DNA from: Azolla caroliniana
Taxonomy: Eukaryota; Plantae; Polypodiophyta
Direction of reading: 5' to 3'
DNA length: 64,000 nt
Assembly: GCA_043228905.1 (NCBI GenBank)
Contig: JBHGNT010000018.1
Coordinates: 3,534,001-3,598,000 of the forward strand
A program made the position numbers and the translations under genes. Positions within the stretch are counted from its first letter, which is position 1. Every line of letters begins with the position of its first letter. This document shows, piece after piece, positions 11,301 to 22,799 of this stretch. A model generated the notes under the pieces. It ran no database searches, was not told where the DNA came from, and worked only from the letters and a program-made list of their open reading frames with translations.

Positions 11301-13000
11301 TTACATCATACCTTGCGTTCATAGTTAGTAAACAAATTAAAGTAAAGGCTGCTTGTGCAATATGATCCTATATGTGATTATCTCTTTATCCTTTCTCACT
11401 TCATTTATTATACCATTTTTTTGATATTTAACATTTTTATCAGTATTTGTCTGCTGTTAAAATTCAGAGTTTTATTTATTGATCAATGCAGGCTGATACC
11501 GCTATGCTGATGGCGATACTAAGAAGCATTCAAAATAGCCCACCTGTATTGGAATCAATCACCATTCTTTCATTTTCTGAAGATGTATATTCTTTTCTTT
11601 CTTTAAATTCTTGTCTTTATATCGGTCTACAATCTGTTTATAAATACCTAAACTTATTAAGTTCTTTACTCAATAGGTTTCCTATAGATTTTTCCCAAGT
11701 TGGATGTCTGGTTTTATCAACGCTTCAAATCTTGGTCCATATGAACCCAGAGATACGAGAAATCTCTTGTCTGATGTATGTTAATTACAGTTTTCTTATT
11801 TCTAGCATTCTCAAAACAATACCTGAAACAAATTCTGCATTTCAGATATCAAATCTCAACATTAATGTGCTAAAATGGGGAAAGACACTATCTGAGATGG
11901 ACAAGGTACTCTTGCTTCAAAGCATATTCAGCTATTAAAATGATGGGATCTTGCGTCATGTCCATGTTTTTCCCATACAACTGTATGAGAAGTTATCTCA
12001 TATACATACCTACATACATGCTGGCATAGATAGATATATGTGTAGATGCATACATATTAGTAGATATATCTAAGAGGGTTTTAACAACCTTTGTTTTTAT
12101 AGGCCCAACAACTTCAAGCGTTGGATTCAGTTCGTTCATTTGCAGAGGAGTTTTTACCTGATGACCCAGCAACAATCTTTGCATGTGAGGCCGTGAATTC
12201 TTTCGCACAGATTTTCTTATTATTATTGTGATTTTCTGTGCTAATTTTATGTCTCCTGCAGTAATTTTAGCTGAACAAACTCCGAAGTTGCAAGAATTCA
12301 TGGAGATATATGATTTGCCTCCAAAAGACATTGTGTTTGAGAATGATATCCTTCACTTCAGGCTCTTTTTAAATAGGTTTGGTCTGCCTGTCTGATAAAA
12401 GTTTGCAGTATTTTAAAATACAAGGATGATACAGAGCATCTATAGGTTGCACAAGAGCAAAGGATCTTCTTTATGCACCATAGAGTGATGGCTACATTTG
12501 TAGAAAACATTGAATGTGGATGTTATGTCTCCACTAAAGCGACAATGATATACTTAACAATGTGTTCAATGTGTCATACAGTTAGCACGATAACATGGTC
12601 TTACTTCATTGCTATCTCAAAACATAGTGGTTAGAATGACCTCTTGCTAGCTGGTCAAGATCACCTCAATTCCTAGAGTGCTTGACCATATACATGCCTT
12701 CCCTTTACAACTACAATTTCCATCTCATGTTATTTTTGAGAGTGCAAGATATCTATCGACATATTTCCTTCTTGCCTAGAACTTGGATTTTGGTTCAACT
12801 CTTCAGAGATGCAAATGACGCCATATTAGAGCTTTCTCTACATTCTCTTGTTTTATTTTTATAGTTTTATTTTTTGTGGTATATATATTTTTTATAATGG
12901 AAACACAATTAGTTTGGACTTTCTGGTTCTGTTTATATTTCTTAACTCAAGGATACATTTGGTTTGGCCAATGCCCAAAGAGCCATTCGAGTTGAAGTAA
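8334..13000 (+). CDS. Microexon-rich gene of unknown identity, ~298 aa, divergent cyclin-like protein
   Basis: Proposed exons: 8334-8414, 8475-8478, 8678-8706, 8788-8799, 8946-8960, 9051-9148, 9325-9356, 9544-9560, 9772-9844, 9937-9998, 10098-10140, 10603-10636, 11026-11072 (GC donor; or 11054 with a GT donor), 11184-11194, 11492-11584, 12103-12184, 12262-12376, 12952-13000. Total 897 nt, open throughout with consistent phases. Junctions at 8414-8678 and 10098-11194 have alternatives. A possible extra last exon lies at 13097-13121. Confidence 0.72.
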
Positions 13001-13407
13001 GCATTCTCTTCATGCATGGTAGATCAAGCGAGGAATCAATTGCGAGCAATCAAGGGAAATCTTGTGTTTCATTTCATAAGAATGAAAGATTGTCAGGGGT
13101 TTAAATAACAACTCATCTTAAAGATGGCATTGTGCTCTAGCTTAGATTAGAGGACAATATATTTCATTGAGAAATAAGTTTGTAAATTAAGCCATTTTAG
13201 GTGTTTTTAATGTATTGCACAATAACTTGAGGGTCCAAACTATAATTACATATTCTAATGTGCATTATTTATAATGCGAGTTAAATCGATTTCTTGCACT
13301 TCAACTTGTGGGAGTGTCATGAAAGTTTAGATTATTGTGGTAAAATTCCCTAATAAAAATCTCAAAATATGTTGATCATGTGCCTTAATAATTGTTGACC
13401 TTGTTGA

Positions 13408-13805
13408 GATAGATAGATAGATAGATAGATAGATGATATTATCGTCTTTCAAGGTCAAATATGACCTATGAGACCAAAAGTATTACATTTCACGTGATAC
13501 GTGTGAAAGTGAGTAGCGACTCTCGATGTTCAAGAATTGTATCAATGAATATTGCAATTGAGAGTGCCCATTGTGGTTGTGAGAAAAATTTGTGCAAGGT
13601 TTGGGCTTGGTTGAAGATGTGTGGAAAGCATGGTCGAATATTATCAAAGACAGAGCATTGTATTAACATGTAATACTTAGGCTCTCGAACTTGTTTAGGG
13701 CAAAGTGTGCATAGTCGATCACAAAAGTAGGGGAAGATGATCGACTCTCGATGTTCAAGAACTTTACTAATGAATGTTGAAATCGAGAGTGCACATTGTG
13801 GTTTT
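13408..13805 (-). mobile_element. RTE LINE 3' fragment with (TCTA)n tail and internal partial duplication
   Basis: Close similarity to 6100-6400 (RLCTLCPKQVRE...LIQCS..FD). (AGAT)n at ~13408-13433; the segment 13518-13580 is repeated at ~13742-13803. Confidence 0.85.
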
Positions 13806-14058
13806 GCGTGGGAATGTGAACCATGACATATACAAATCAAATTAGAAAGAGATTTAGGGATGGGAATTATTGTATGTAAACATCATTCTCTTTTAAGAGT
13901 GTTGTTGTTTAATTTGATGTGCAAATTTTTTTATGAGATCTGGTGAGGCATGTTGAATCGTAAGGTACAAATGGAGAGATATTTATCAGTTTAATGATTG
14001 AGACATGGGGCTTGATTATGATCTTTGAAAGCTTGGAGATGGGTTTTTGGGGTGGGTG

Positions 14059-14229
14059 TTAATTGATGGTCAATGAAGTACCATTGTCGCTTGAAGTTAA
14101 TGCCAAAATAATGTCTACAGTAGCAATTGCCCTACAGTACAAGAACCAAATCATCTCAAGACATTTTTCAAGTATTAATTTGTTAAAAAACACTGCAAAG
14201 ATCATCATCATCATCATATATATATATAT

Positions 14230-14278
<49 letters not shown>

Positions 14279-14502
14279 ATGGGACCACAAGATTTGCAGG
14301 GAGTAATAAACTCTTTGGAAATTCACCATGTATGTGGACTTGGATAGAGTCAAGGTGTCTCTACACCAATCCAATTCACTAACATGTTAGAGTTAACAAC
14401 TCCAGGGTCCAAAGAAACACATGCAACTCCTTCCGAAATGTGTTAGCCCAATGACTTTGTAAGTCCTTCAATACCAAACTTTGATGCACAGTATGGTGTA
14501 GC
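14059..14502 (-). pseudogene. Decayed duplicate of the last two exons of the adjacent SDR gene
   Basis: Exon 14327-14502 is 176 nt, the same length as SDR exon 5 (ATPYCASKFGIEGLTKSLG*...), with in-frame TAA 14443-14445 and TGA 14350-14352. Exon 14059-14131 encodes AIATVDIILALTSSDNGTSLTIN*. Splice sites are retained. Confidence 0.88.
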
Positions 14503-15266
14503 CTACAAGAATCAAGCTGTGCTCCCTCAAATGATTTCAACACAATATGACCTTCAAACCCTAATTTCAGGAGAGCATGATTGTGAACAGAAATTGAAAA
14601 ATGCTCACAGCACTACTTCATATGAAAAGCTACGGGCAATCTCTATGGAAAGTGCACAAATGCCTTCTTGTTTGCGATTGCTATCTTTGGTGTGTCGAAC
14701 TAATTACAACCTCACGATCTCCAAACACTTGATTGACACCTCATCCACCCATCTCAACTACAATCCAATTGGCTCCCTTTTTCTTGTAAAATCTTTAAAG
14801 GTATTTCATTATTGTGAAGCATTCAGTTCTGTTAAATTTTTACCATACCTTGATTGCTTTTCATTCAGTACGCACACTTTAGTTCCTCATGCCACAGTTT
14901 GTCCATGCTTTGTCCTGTACCATGTTTACACATCTCACAACACAATTGTATTTCCATAATCATATTTGCATTTGTTATACCACATAGTTTATATGCACTT
15001 TTAGACTTTGATGATGATAATCAAATTAGACAAGAGGCTTATTTATTTATGTCAAGTGTCAAACATATGACGATAGTCAAAAGTTCAATGTGGGGGTACT
15101 AACCATGATACACCATGATACATTATTAAATCCTGAAGAAACTATACACACGAGAACTAAACTGAAGAATTTGATGTGCATAAAATATATGGAACTGCTA
15201 TGGTGCATGTCTGATCCCAGGAGAAATTCAAGAAACCATTGCTTTTGAGAGAAAATCGGGGCATAT

Positions 15267-17450
15267 TCATATGACTGAGTGTGGCACTTCAGTGATGGTC
15301 AGTGAAGCTCCATTGTCACTCGGACTTAAAGCCAAAATAAAATCAGCCGCAACAGGTGCCCTACAAAAGACCAATTTACTTGTACTTTCTTAAGATAATG
15401 TAGAAGGTAGAACCAGAAATCTTCCATGGATTCCATCTAAACTCACCATTTATCTGCAGTTGGATAGAGTGGAGCTCTATCTGCACCAAAGCAACTCACC
15501 AGCATGTCGGTGTTTATAATCCCAGGGTGCACAGCAACAACTGTCACTCCTTCAGGAACACAGTTGGCAACAGCCTTGGTAAGTCCTTCAATACCAAACT
15601 TTGATGTACAATATGGTGTAAACTGCATGAACCAAGCTCTACATTTCAATCAATTTCAACAACATAATCTTAAAACAAATGCCATAGACCTTATGCATGT
15701 TTGGCAAGGTACTAGAAGCAATTTCTATGAATGGCACGAAAACGAAAACCCTGATAATTATCGAGATCTTTATCTTCCTTTCATCATCCAAGGTATTAGT
15801 ATGCATGCCTTTACCATATAGAAGAAGGAAAGAACAAAGATGTTACAACTTACATCTGCATCACCCACACGGCCCCATCCAGAAGAATAATTGACTATGG
15901 TTCCTTGCTTCATGAGAGGAAGAAAATGCCTTATTACATTGGCGGTTCCTTTGATATTGACATCTATAACAGCATCGAATTCAGATGCTGATAATTCCCA
16001 AATCTTCGCATTACGATTGATAATACCTGCATTATTTACTGCATTTTACATTGAAGACAAGGGAGAAATGAGATATAATAGTTGGGTATCCATGAGATAG
16101 ACATAAACATCAAAACAAAAAGCATCGTATTTGCATTTTATATGTGATATATGATACGAAACACGGAGTCTAGATATTATATCGATAACATCGAAACACA
16201 AAGGATGAATGGAGCCCTGATCATTTATGTATAATACATGCTTTGCAATGTCATCATTTGAAAAGCCATGTTTAAAAAACTTTCTTATGCTTAAAAAAAT
16301 TTTTAAAAATGAGAATTTCAGAGTGGAATTCTGTAGTTAAAGCCATGTTCAATCAATAAATGAATAAGGGAATCCAGCTAAATACAGATATATCTTGCAG
16401 CACACGCACAGAGAATATATAGATAGATAGATAGATATATAGATATTGTATATAAATTCTTTAGCATTAATGCTTTCCTCACAAAGATACGATAAGACAA
16501 ATATGATAGGATAGATGTGGAATCACAGTTCGTTAATGTACTAACCGGTAAGTATCAACGATAGAAGAATTGATGTCAGAATTGAAACTAAACAGTCGAT
16601 CCAACTACAGAGCAGAACAATTATGGAAATGCGCACCAGGAAACAAAAAGAGAACAAGAAACAACAGAGTGTATGTGTGTCTGTGTGTGTTGTGTGCAAG
16701 CACGGCAGAGTGTGAAGCTTGCTTATAACAAATTCTTCCTTTCATATCAAGTTTAAATTACACCTGCGCAAACTATGACTACATATGCTAGAGAATGAGA
16801 GAGAGAGAGAGAGAGAGAGAGACCTATGATGTTAGGAACACCAACGGTTTGTATGACTAGCTTAGAGAAACCTTCAACACTGACATCTGAACACTGTGCA
16901 CTCCATTCTCCCACGGAGCAGCAGAAGAAGCACCAACAGGAGAATAGTAGTAACGATTACCATCATCGTCGTCGGTGAGGCAAATGCAGGAGAAGGTTAA
17001 GATGGAAAAAGAAGCTTGATACGAATTAGATAAGATGAAAATTAAATGTATAACGATAGAAATTCATACCACATCGACTTGCTTCAAAAAGTGCTTTGGT
17101 GATGATCCATCTCCGTGCTCAATCAGAAGCTTCTCTAGTTCTAACAGATTTTCAGCATTTCGGGAACACCCAGCAACTGTGTATCCACGTTTGGCAAATT
17201 CTATGGCGAGGGCACGACCTAGCCCTTTGGAAACACCTGTTATCAACACGAGCTTGCGGCTCTCTGTTGCAAAGAAAGAGATGGAGAAGGTGAAGGAGAA
17301 GAAAGCAAAGAAGAGATGAGAATCGTTATCATCATCATCATCATCATCATGAAGAAGAAGAAGACGAAGAAGAAGAAAATGAGATCAGGAGGGGAATCAA
17401 TTTTGCTTACCAGCAGGTACTGAAGGGGGAGGAGGAGTAGAGGTCACCAT
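15267..17450 (-). CDS. Short-chain dehydrogenase/reductase, NADPH-dependent pterin aldehyde reductase-like (Arabidopsis At1g10310 type)
   Basis: Six phase-consistent exons: 17411-17450, 17070-17263, 16824-16893, 15854-16038, 15447-15622, 15267-15360. Motifs: TGVSKGLG (Rossmann), VNNAG, SSGWGR, YCTSK catalytic YxxxK, PGIINTDML, DNGASLT. Confidence 0.93.
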
Positions 17451-18051
17451 GGAAACTGGTAAACTGACAATTCTGATTCCTTCTTCTTCTGCTGCTGCTT
17501 CTTCTTTCTTCTTTCTCCTTCTTCTTTCTTGATTTCTTCTGCTTCTTCTTCTTGACTGGAATGGTTTGGAGGTGAATAAAGAATTATGTAGATGTCTTTG
17601 AGTGGGTCTTCATTCAATTTGGGTTTTGTGTTAACAAATATGAAGAAGAAATGAAATATATAATATGAAGAAGAAATGGAGTGTGATGCCTCCTCATTTC
17701 CAAATTAATTTTTTGAGTTTCTTAAAACCCAATTGTTCCAATTGGATTAATTGTTTTTTGAGTTTCTTGAGGAATGCCTTCTTCACTTTTGATTAGTAAA
17801 GTTGGTTTGGGGGGGGGTGTGAGAAAATATGTTTCAAAAGTTAAAAAGGGCATCTTTTGTGGCAATTATTGACCGTGCTAGAGAAGTCACGAAATTTTCA
17901 AACCATGAAGAGAGCCAACTCTACAAGGCCATATATCATCATCATGATTTGAATTGGTGTATAGTGTGGGATTGAGTTCGTTCGTAGTAGTAGTAGCAGC
18001 AGTAGTAATCTTTAGATTCCTAGGAGAAGAATTCTATGCTTTGTAGTTGGT

Positions 18052-18271
18052 CATGATGTTTTTTCTTTCAACATGAAAGCCATTATTTACACACGTGCGC
18101 ATGCACGCTCGATCAAGAGCGAGAGAGAGAGAGAGAGTAAAAAAAAAAAAAAGAGAGAGAATGAGTCCAAATGGATGTAGCTCAATTGGTAAGGTTGCCC
18201 AATGGAAACCATGATGTTTTTTCTTTCAACATGAAAGCCATTATTTACACACGTGCGCATGCACGCTCGAT

Positions 18272-18323
<52 letters not shown>

Positions 18324-18400
18324 TCCAAATGGATGTAGCTCAATTGGTAAGGTTGCCCAATGGAAACCAGGAGGTCATGTGTTCAACGCTTACATTCCAC
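18052..18400 (+). mobile_element. tRNA-derived SINE-like head (18331-18400) within a ~160-bp tandem duplication
   Basis: GGATGTAGCTCAATTGGTAAG (A box) ... GTGTTCAACGC (degenerate B box). A truncated copy lies at ~18173-18210; the unit 18052-18210 is repeated at 18210-18369. Confidence 0.6.
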
Positions 18401-18493
18401 AGTGGCATCTAGTGAATTAAGATATATGTATGAAGTATATAATGGAGAGGTGAGAAAATTAGGTTTCAAACCCAAGACACAATGCTTGTAGCG

Positions 18494-18812
18494 AAGATAA
18501 TTACCACTAGGATAAGATAAGACATAATGCAAAGAGACAAAAGACTTTCGTAGTGAAGTCGACAGAAGTTACAGATGCTTTATGAAATAGACAAAAGACG
18601 GGCTTCTAATTTTAGAGAGAGCTAAATGAATTATTAAAGACAGGAAGATAAGACATAATGCAAGATAATTACCACTAGGATAAGATAAGACATAATGCAA
18701 AGAGACAAAAGACTTTCGTAGTGAAGTTGACATAAGTTACAGATGCTTTATGAAATAGACAAAAGACGGGCTTCTAATTTTAGAGAGAGCTAAATGAATT
18801 ATTAAAGACAAG
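18494..18812. repeat. ~170-bp tandem duplication
   Basis: aagataattaccactaggataag...gaattattaaagaca occurs at ~18494 and ~18662, near-identical. Confidence 0.9.
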
Positions 18813-19699
18813 AGGGACGAAGCATATGAACCTCATGGTGAAGTAGCCAACAGTTATCATTACATAAACGAGACAAAAGATAGTCTCGTGATTTTAGAGA
18901 TAGATGCATGAATGGACAAGATTTATCGTTATAGAATAGAGACAAAAGATAGTCTTTTGATTTTAGAGAGAGAGATATGAATGGTTATAGAGACATAGGG
19001 GATTATGCGTGTGAGTAAAAAGTGATGTAGTAAATTTAGCAGGAGAATTAACCGCGACATAATTTCATCGAACATAATTACATTAACTTTTTGACGTTGG
19101 TCAACTAGATATTTCCACTACAAAAGGGGTATATTTAATATTAGCTAAAGCACACTAGTGATCTTTTACCGTCAAATTAATCATCATACAACAAAAGCTC
19201 CCATTATGCCATGTCTTTATGAGTATATACCTAGAATTAACAAGAGAAAATAAATGATTGGTCATCATCTACATGGTACAATTTGATTTTAGAATAGACG
19301 AACAATGCTTTTTGGCAACGTGTCCATTCAAAAGCCAAGAAAAATCATCTGGTATCTTTATTATAAAGACTAGTGGGAACTCATGTAACATTCCAACTTT
19401 GTTGCCAATATTGGGACAAACCATACTTTCTATCTAATTATGTTCTTTCAAAAGTGAAGAAAAATCATATGATCTATTTATTGTAAATACTAAGAGGCCT
19501 TTATGTGTCATTGCAACTTTTGTTGCAAATATGGAGACGACAATACTAATAGGGATCATATTCATTCAAATGTGAACAAAAATCATATGGTTCATTATTA
19601 CAAAAACTTGTAGGCATTCATGTATCATTGTTTTTTTTTTGTGAATATGATTTTCAGTTCAAAGTGTAATGGGGTTGAGAGAGCAAGATCCCGAGAGGG

Positions 19700-20650
19700 A
19701 TATGCATGATTTCAATACCAAGAAAGTAGTAAAGCTTGTCCATATCCTTCATTTCCAAAGTCAATACCACATAAGTACCGTTGATCTTCAAGTGCCAAGT
19801 TGTTGGTTATTGCTTGAGATTGTATAATGGCTTTCTAGGCAAACAAAGTACATGTAAGTGAGCCTCAAACTTGAATTTGATCTTGATGTCCATTTGGTGG
19901 AGGTGCCACCACTTCACCATGGCATCAAGTTGTATGCTCAACAATTATTTTCTCAACATAATCAATGCAATCTTTTTTAGCATAGCCTTTTGTATTGGTT
20001 GATGGAGCCATCAAAGTTGTATTTTGCTTTGTAAATCAATTGACAATTGGTGGGCCTTCTTGTGTATCAAAATAGGGAGGAGGTCCTAGAACTCATTGTC
20101 TGGGAGAGCTCACATCTCTTCATCATCACTTTTATCTAAAAAGAATTATCATATGTTTCAACAAAGCTCGTCAACTCTTGTATGATTGCTACATTTATCG
20201 CAAACACCTAATGCTACATCATAGTCATTGTGGTCGAACCGCAAAACTACATTGAGTTGAGTATCCTGGTATATCTTGTGCCTTTCAAAAGTCCTTCACG
20301 TCTTGAATGTTCTTCTTCATGCCAAATGTGCTCATGATAGGCAAGACAAATTCATCATCCAAGGATGGAGTCGATCTTGCTAAACCAATGGAGTATACTT
20401 CTCCTCTATTGGGGCTTTGGTAGCTAACCTCGTACTCTAGAAACTTCGCCTTGACTTTATCGAGTCAGGCTACAATCCCACAACTACATAATGTAACATA
20501 GTCAAGACTTAAGGGATATCCAAGCCATTCATCAAGCTTGGGGTCGAGTTGACATGTTCAAGTGATGGTTGACCTTTTCTAAAACCGATGTTAATGTCAA
20601 CATTGGCATCAACATTGTCCTCATTCGCCATTATTAGATGTGGTTGACTT
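19700..20650 (-). mobile_element. Degenerate Ty1/copia RT relic
   Basis: Minus frame at ~19985-20055 reads RRPTNCQLIYKAKYNFDGSINQYKR, resembling the copia motif IGCKWVYKIK..DGSIDKYKARL. Boundaries approximate. Confidence 0.65.
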
Positions 20651-21098
20651 CTTATCATACCATGATGACATTTCATTGAACTGTTAGAATCTTAATTTAT
20701 GTTAAGCACAATTAAGAAGGAAAACAAGGAAAGAAGGGAGTTACTCCACCTTACCACCCCAAAGTGAAGGTGAGAGACAAATCCAAGTCCCCCATTAGTG
20801 TCCCATACCACCAAGTACAGACATGGATCGTACCTAGGGTTTGAAGAAGGATGCACTTTGTCACACTTTGAAAGTCTCTATCTCTTTGGACACTTTTGAT
20901 CTCTTATGTGCATTTCACATATAGGTGGAGAAGTGGGGTACCAGTCCCCCACATCCAAGCATCCGCCTCTTTCGCGTCGTAAGTATACATTGCTCTCGCC
21001 ACCATCAATCACTCGACCCACACTATCTTTTTTATTTTTTTCTTCGTAAATGTATGTTTATATTAAAACAACATGATAATACAAAAAAACCTTTCTAT

Positions 21099-21232
21099 CA
21101 AAACTACGTCAAAGGTAGTGATGTGGCAAGGACAGCCTTCTAAGGTGCTGCAATACAAAGCGACACAAAACTACGTCAAAGGTAGCGATGTGGCAAGGAC
21201 AACCTTCTAAGGTGCTGCAATACAAGGCGACA
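21099..21232. repeat. ~67-bp tandem duplication
   Basis: caaaactacgtcaaaggtag(t/c)gatgtggcaaggaca...gcgaca occurs twice in tandem. Confidence 0.9.
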
Positions 21233-21499
21233 ACGTTCCCATACAACATAATTGTGAAAATTTCCAAATCAACTTTCCCCTTATCCTACATATCTGTTGA
21301 GATACTCCAGAAAGCCCATCAAATAAGAAACCATTCCGCAAGTTCCAAATATACCACATGCCCAAATACCGCAAATAATCAAAGACAAACTTATATTATG
21401 GGGATGGTAAAACTCTATCACCTTCAATGAAAACCCATTGAAAAGGTGACAAAACATTTCCAGTTAATTACGCCCACAATTGTGATATACCTATCCATA

Positions 21500-22260
21500 T
21501 ACTTTTAGTAACATTTCTTGTTAGTCTCTAGTAGTAATATCTCTTCCATTAGCACCGCCTTAGTTCACCAATTAGGCCTCCCTCCATCCACTACTCCCTC
21601 CATCCAAGTCCTTTTTGGCGATCACCAACATCTATACCTCTCACACGCAAGCCCGTTGCACCGTCACCTTAGTGAATCTCACTTTCTCACACCACTTTTA
21701 TGTAGTGCCCCACCAACTCTTCCTCCTCGCCTGAGGTTGTGATTGGTTCCTCAAGCATCGAGCTACAATTGATTTCATTGCCCACCAACTTCTTGTCCCA
21801 CGAACTCCCCCGATCCCCCTCCTACACAATACCCCTCCTATCCCCCACCTCAACCAAGCCTAAGTGGTCCTCAGTCCACGAGAGCGATTGATCTCTATCC
21901 GCCAATTGCTAACTCATTTTTCGTCACTAGCCCCGTCCCACTATTATCTAATCAGGGCCGCCAATTCCACAAGGATGTTCGCAACATCATTGCAGCTCAA
22001 TTGAGTGTCCAGCAGGTGTTTATGTTCCCATACCATCCTCAGACAAATGGCCTCATTGGACGCCTCAACAAAACCCTCAAGAAGGAGATTGCCGCTTACA
22101 TCGATCCACACCACAAAACATGGGATCAAATCTTGCATTTCGTCACCCATGCCTACAATACATTCGTACATTCGTCAACACGAATCATCCCTTTTCAAGC
22201 ACTCTATGGGCGTGACCCTCACCTCCCACTAGAATCGTCCAAATACTCCCCCTCCTTCGA
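21500..22260 (+). mobile_element. Ty3/gypsy relic (protease-like fragment and integrase core)
   Basis: ORF 22001-22405 contains YHPQTNGLIGRLNKTLK...WDQILHFVTHAYNT..HSST...PFQALYGRDP, a classic integrase C-core. A retropepsin-like fragment lies at 21518-21790. Confidence 0.85.
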
Positions 22261-22636
22261 CAAGCCACTGCTCTTGTTCTTGTTCCTGTTCCTGTTCCTA
22301 TTCTTGCTCCTACTACTCCTGCTCCTAAGTCTCTTGTTTCTCTCAAGGGGGAAATGTGGTGTGCATGTGTTCCTGTGTGCCACCCTTTTAGCACACCCTT
22401 TTTAGCATGCATGTAGCTAAGTTAACCCAAATGGGTAGCTTTGTATCGACTATAAATTGAGCACAAAGTAAGAAGCTAAGTAGGTTGGTTTTGATCTCTT
22501 ATGTGCATTTCACAATATCTATATGTATTTGTATATGCATATGAATTTTCAAGTTTGTGAATATATATGTGTATACATATATACATACATACACACACAC
22601 ATGTCACGTATGTGTGTGCATGTATATGTGTAAGTA

Positions 22637-22780
<144 letters not shown>

Positions 22781-22799
22781 TGCACACACATATGTATGT

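Noticed and set aside
11486-11938. 150-aa ORF as a stand-alone gene
   Set aside because: Only 11492-11584 is bounded by splice sites; the remainder is AT-rich intron read-through.
18331-18400. Functional tRNA gene
   Set aside because: Degenerate B box and poor acceptor and anticodon stems; better explained as a SINE head.
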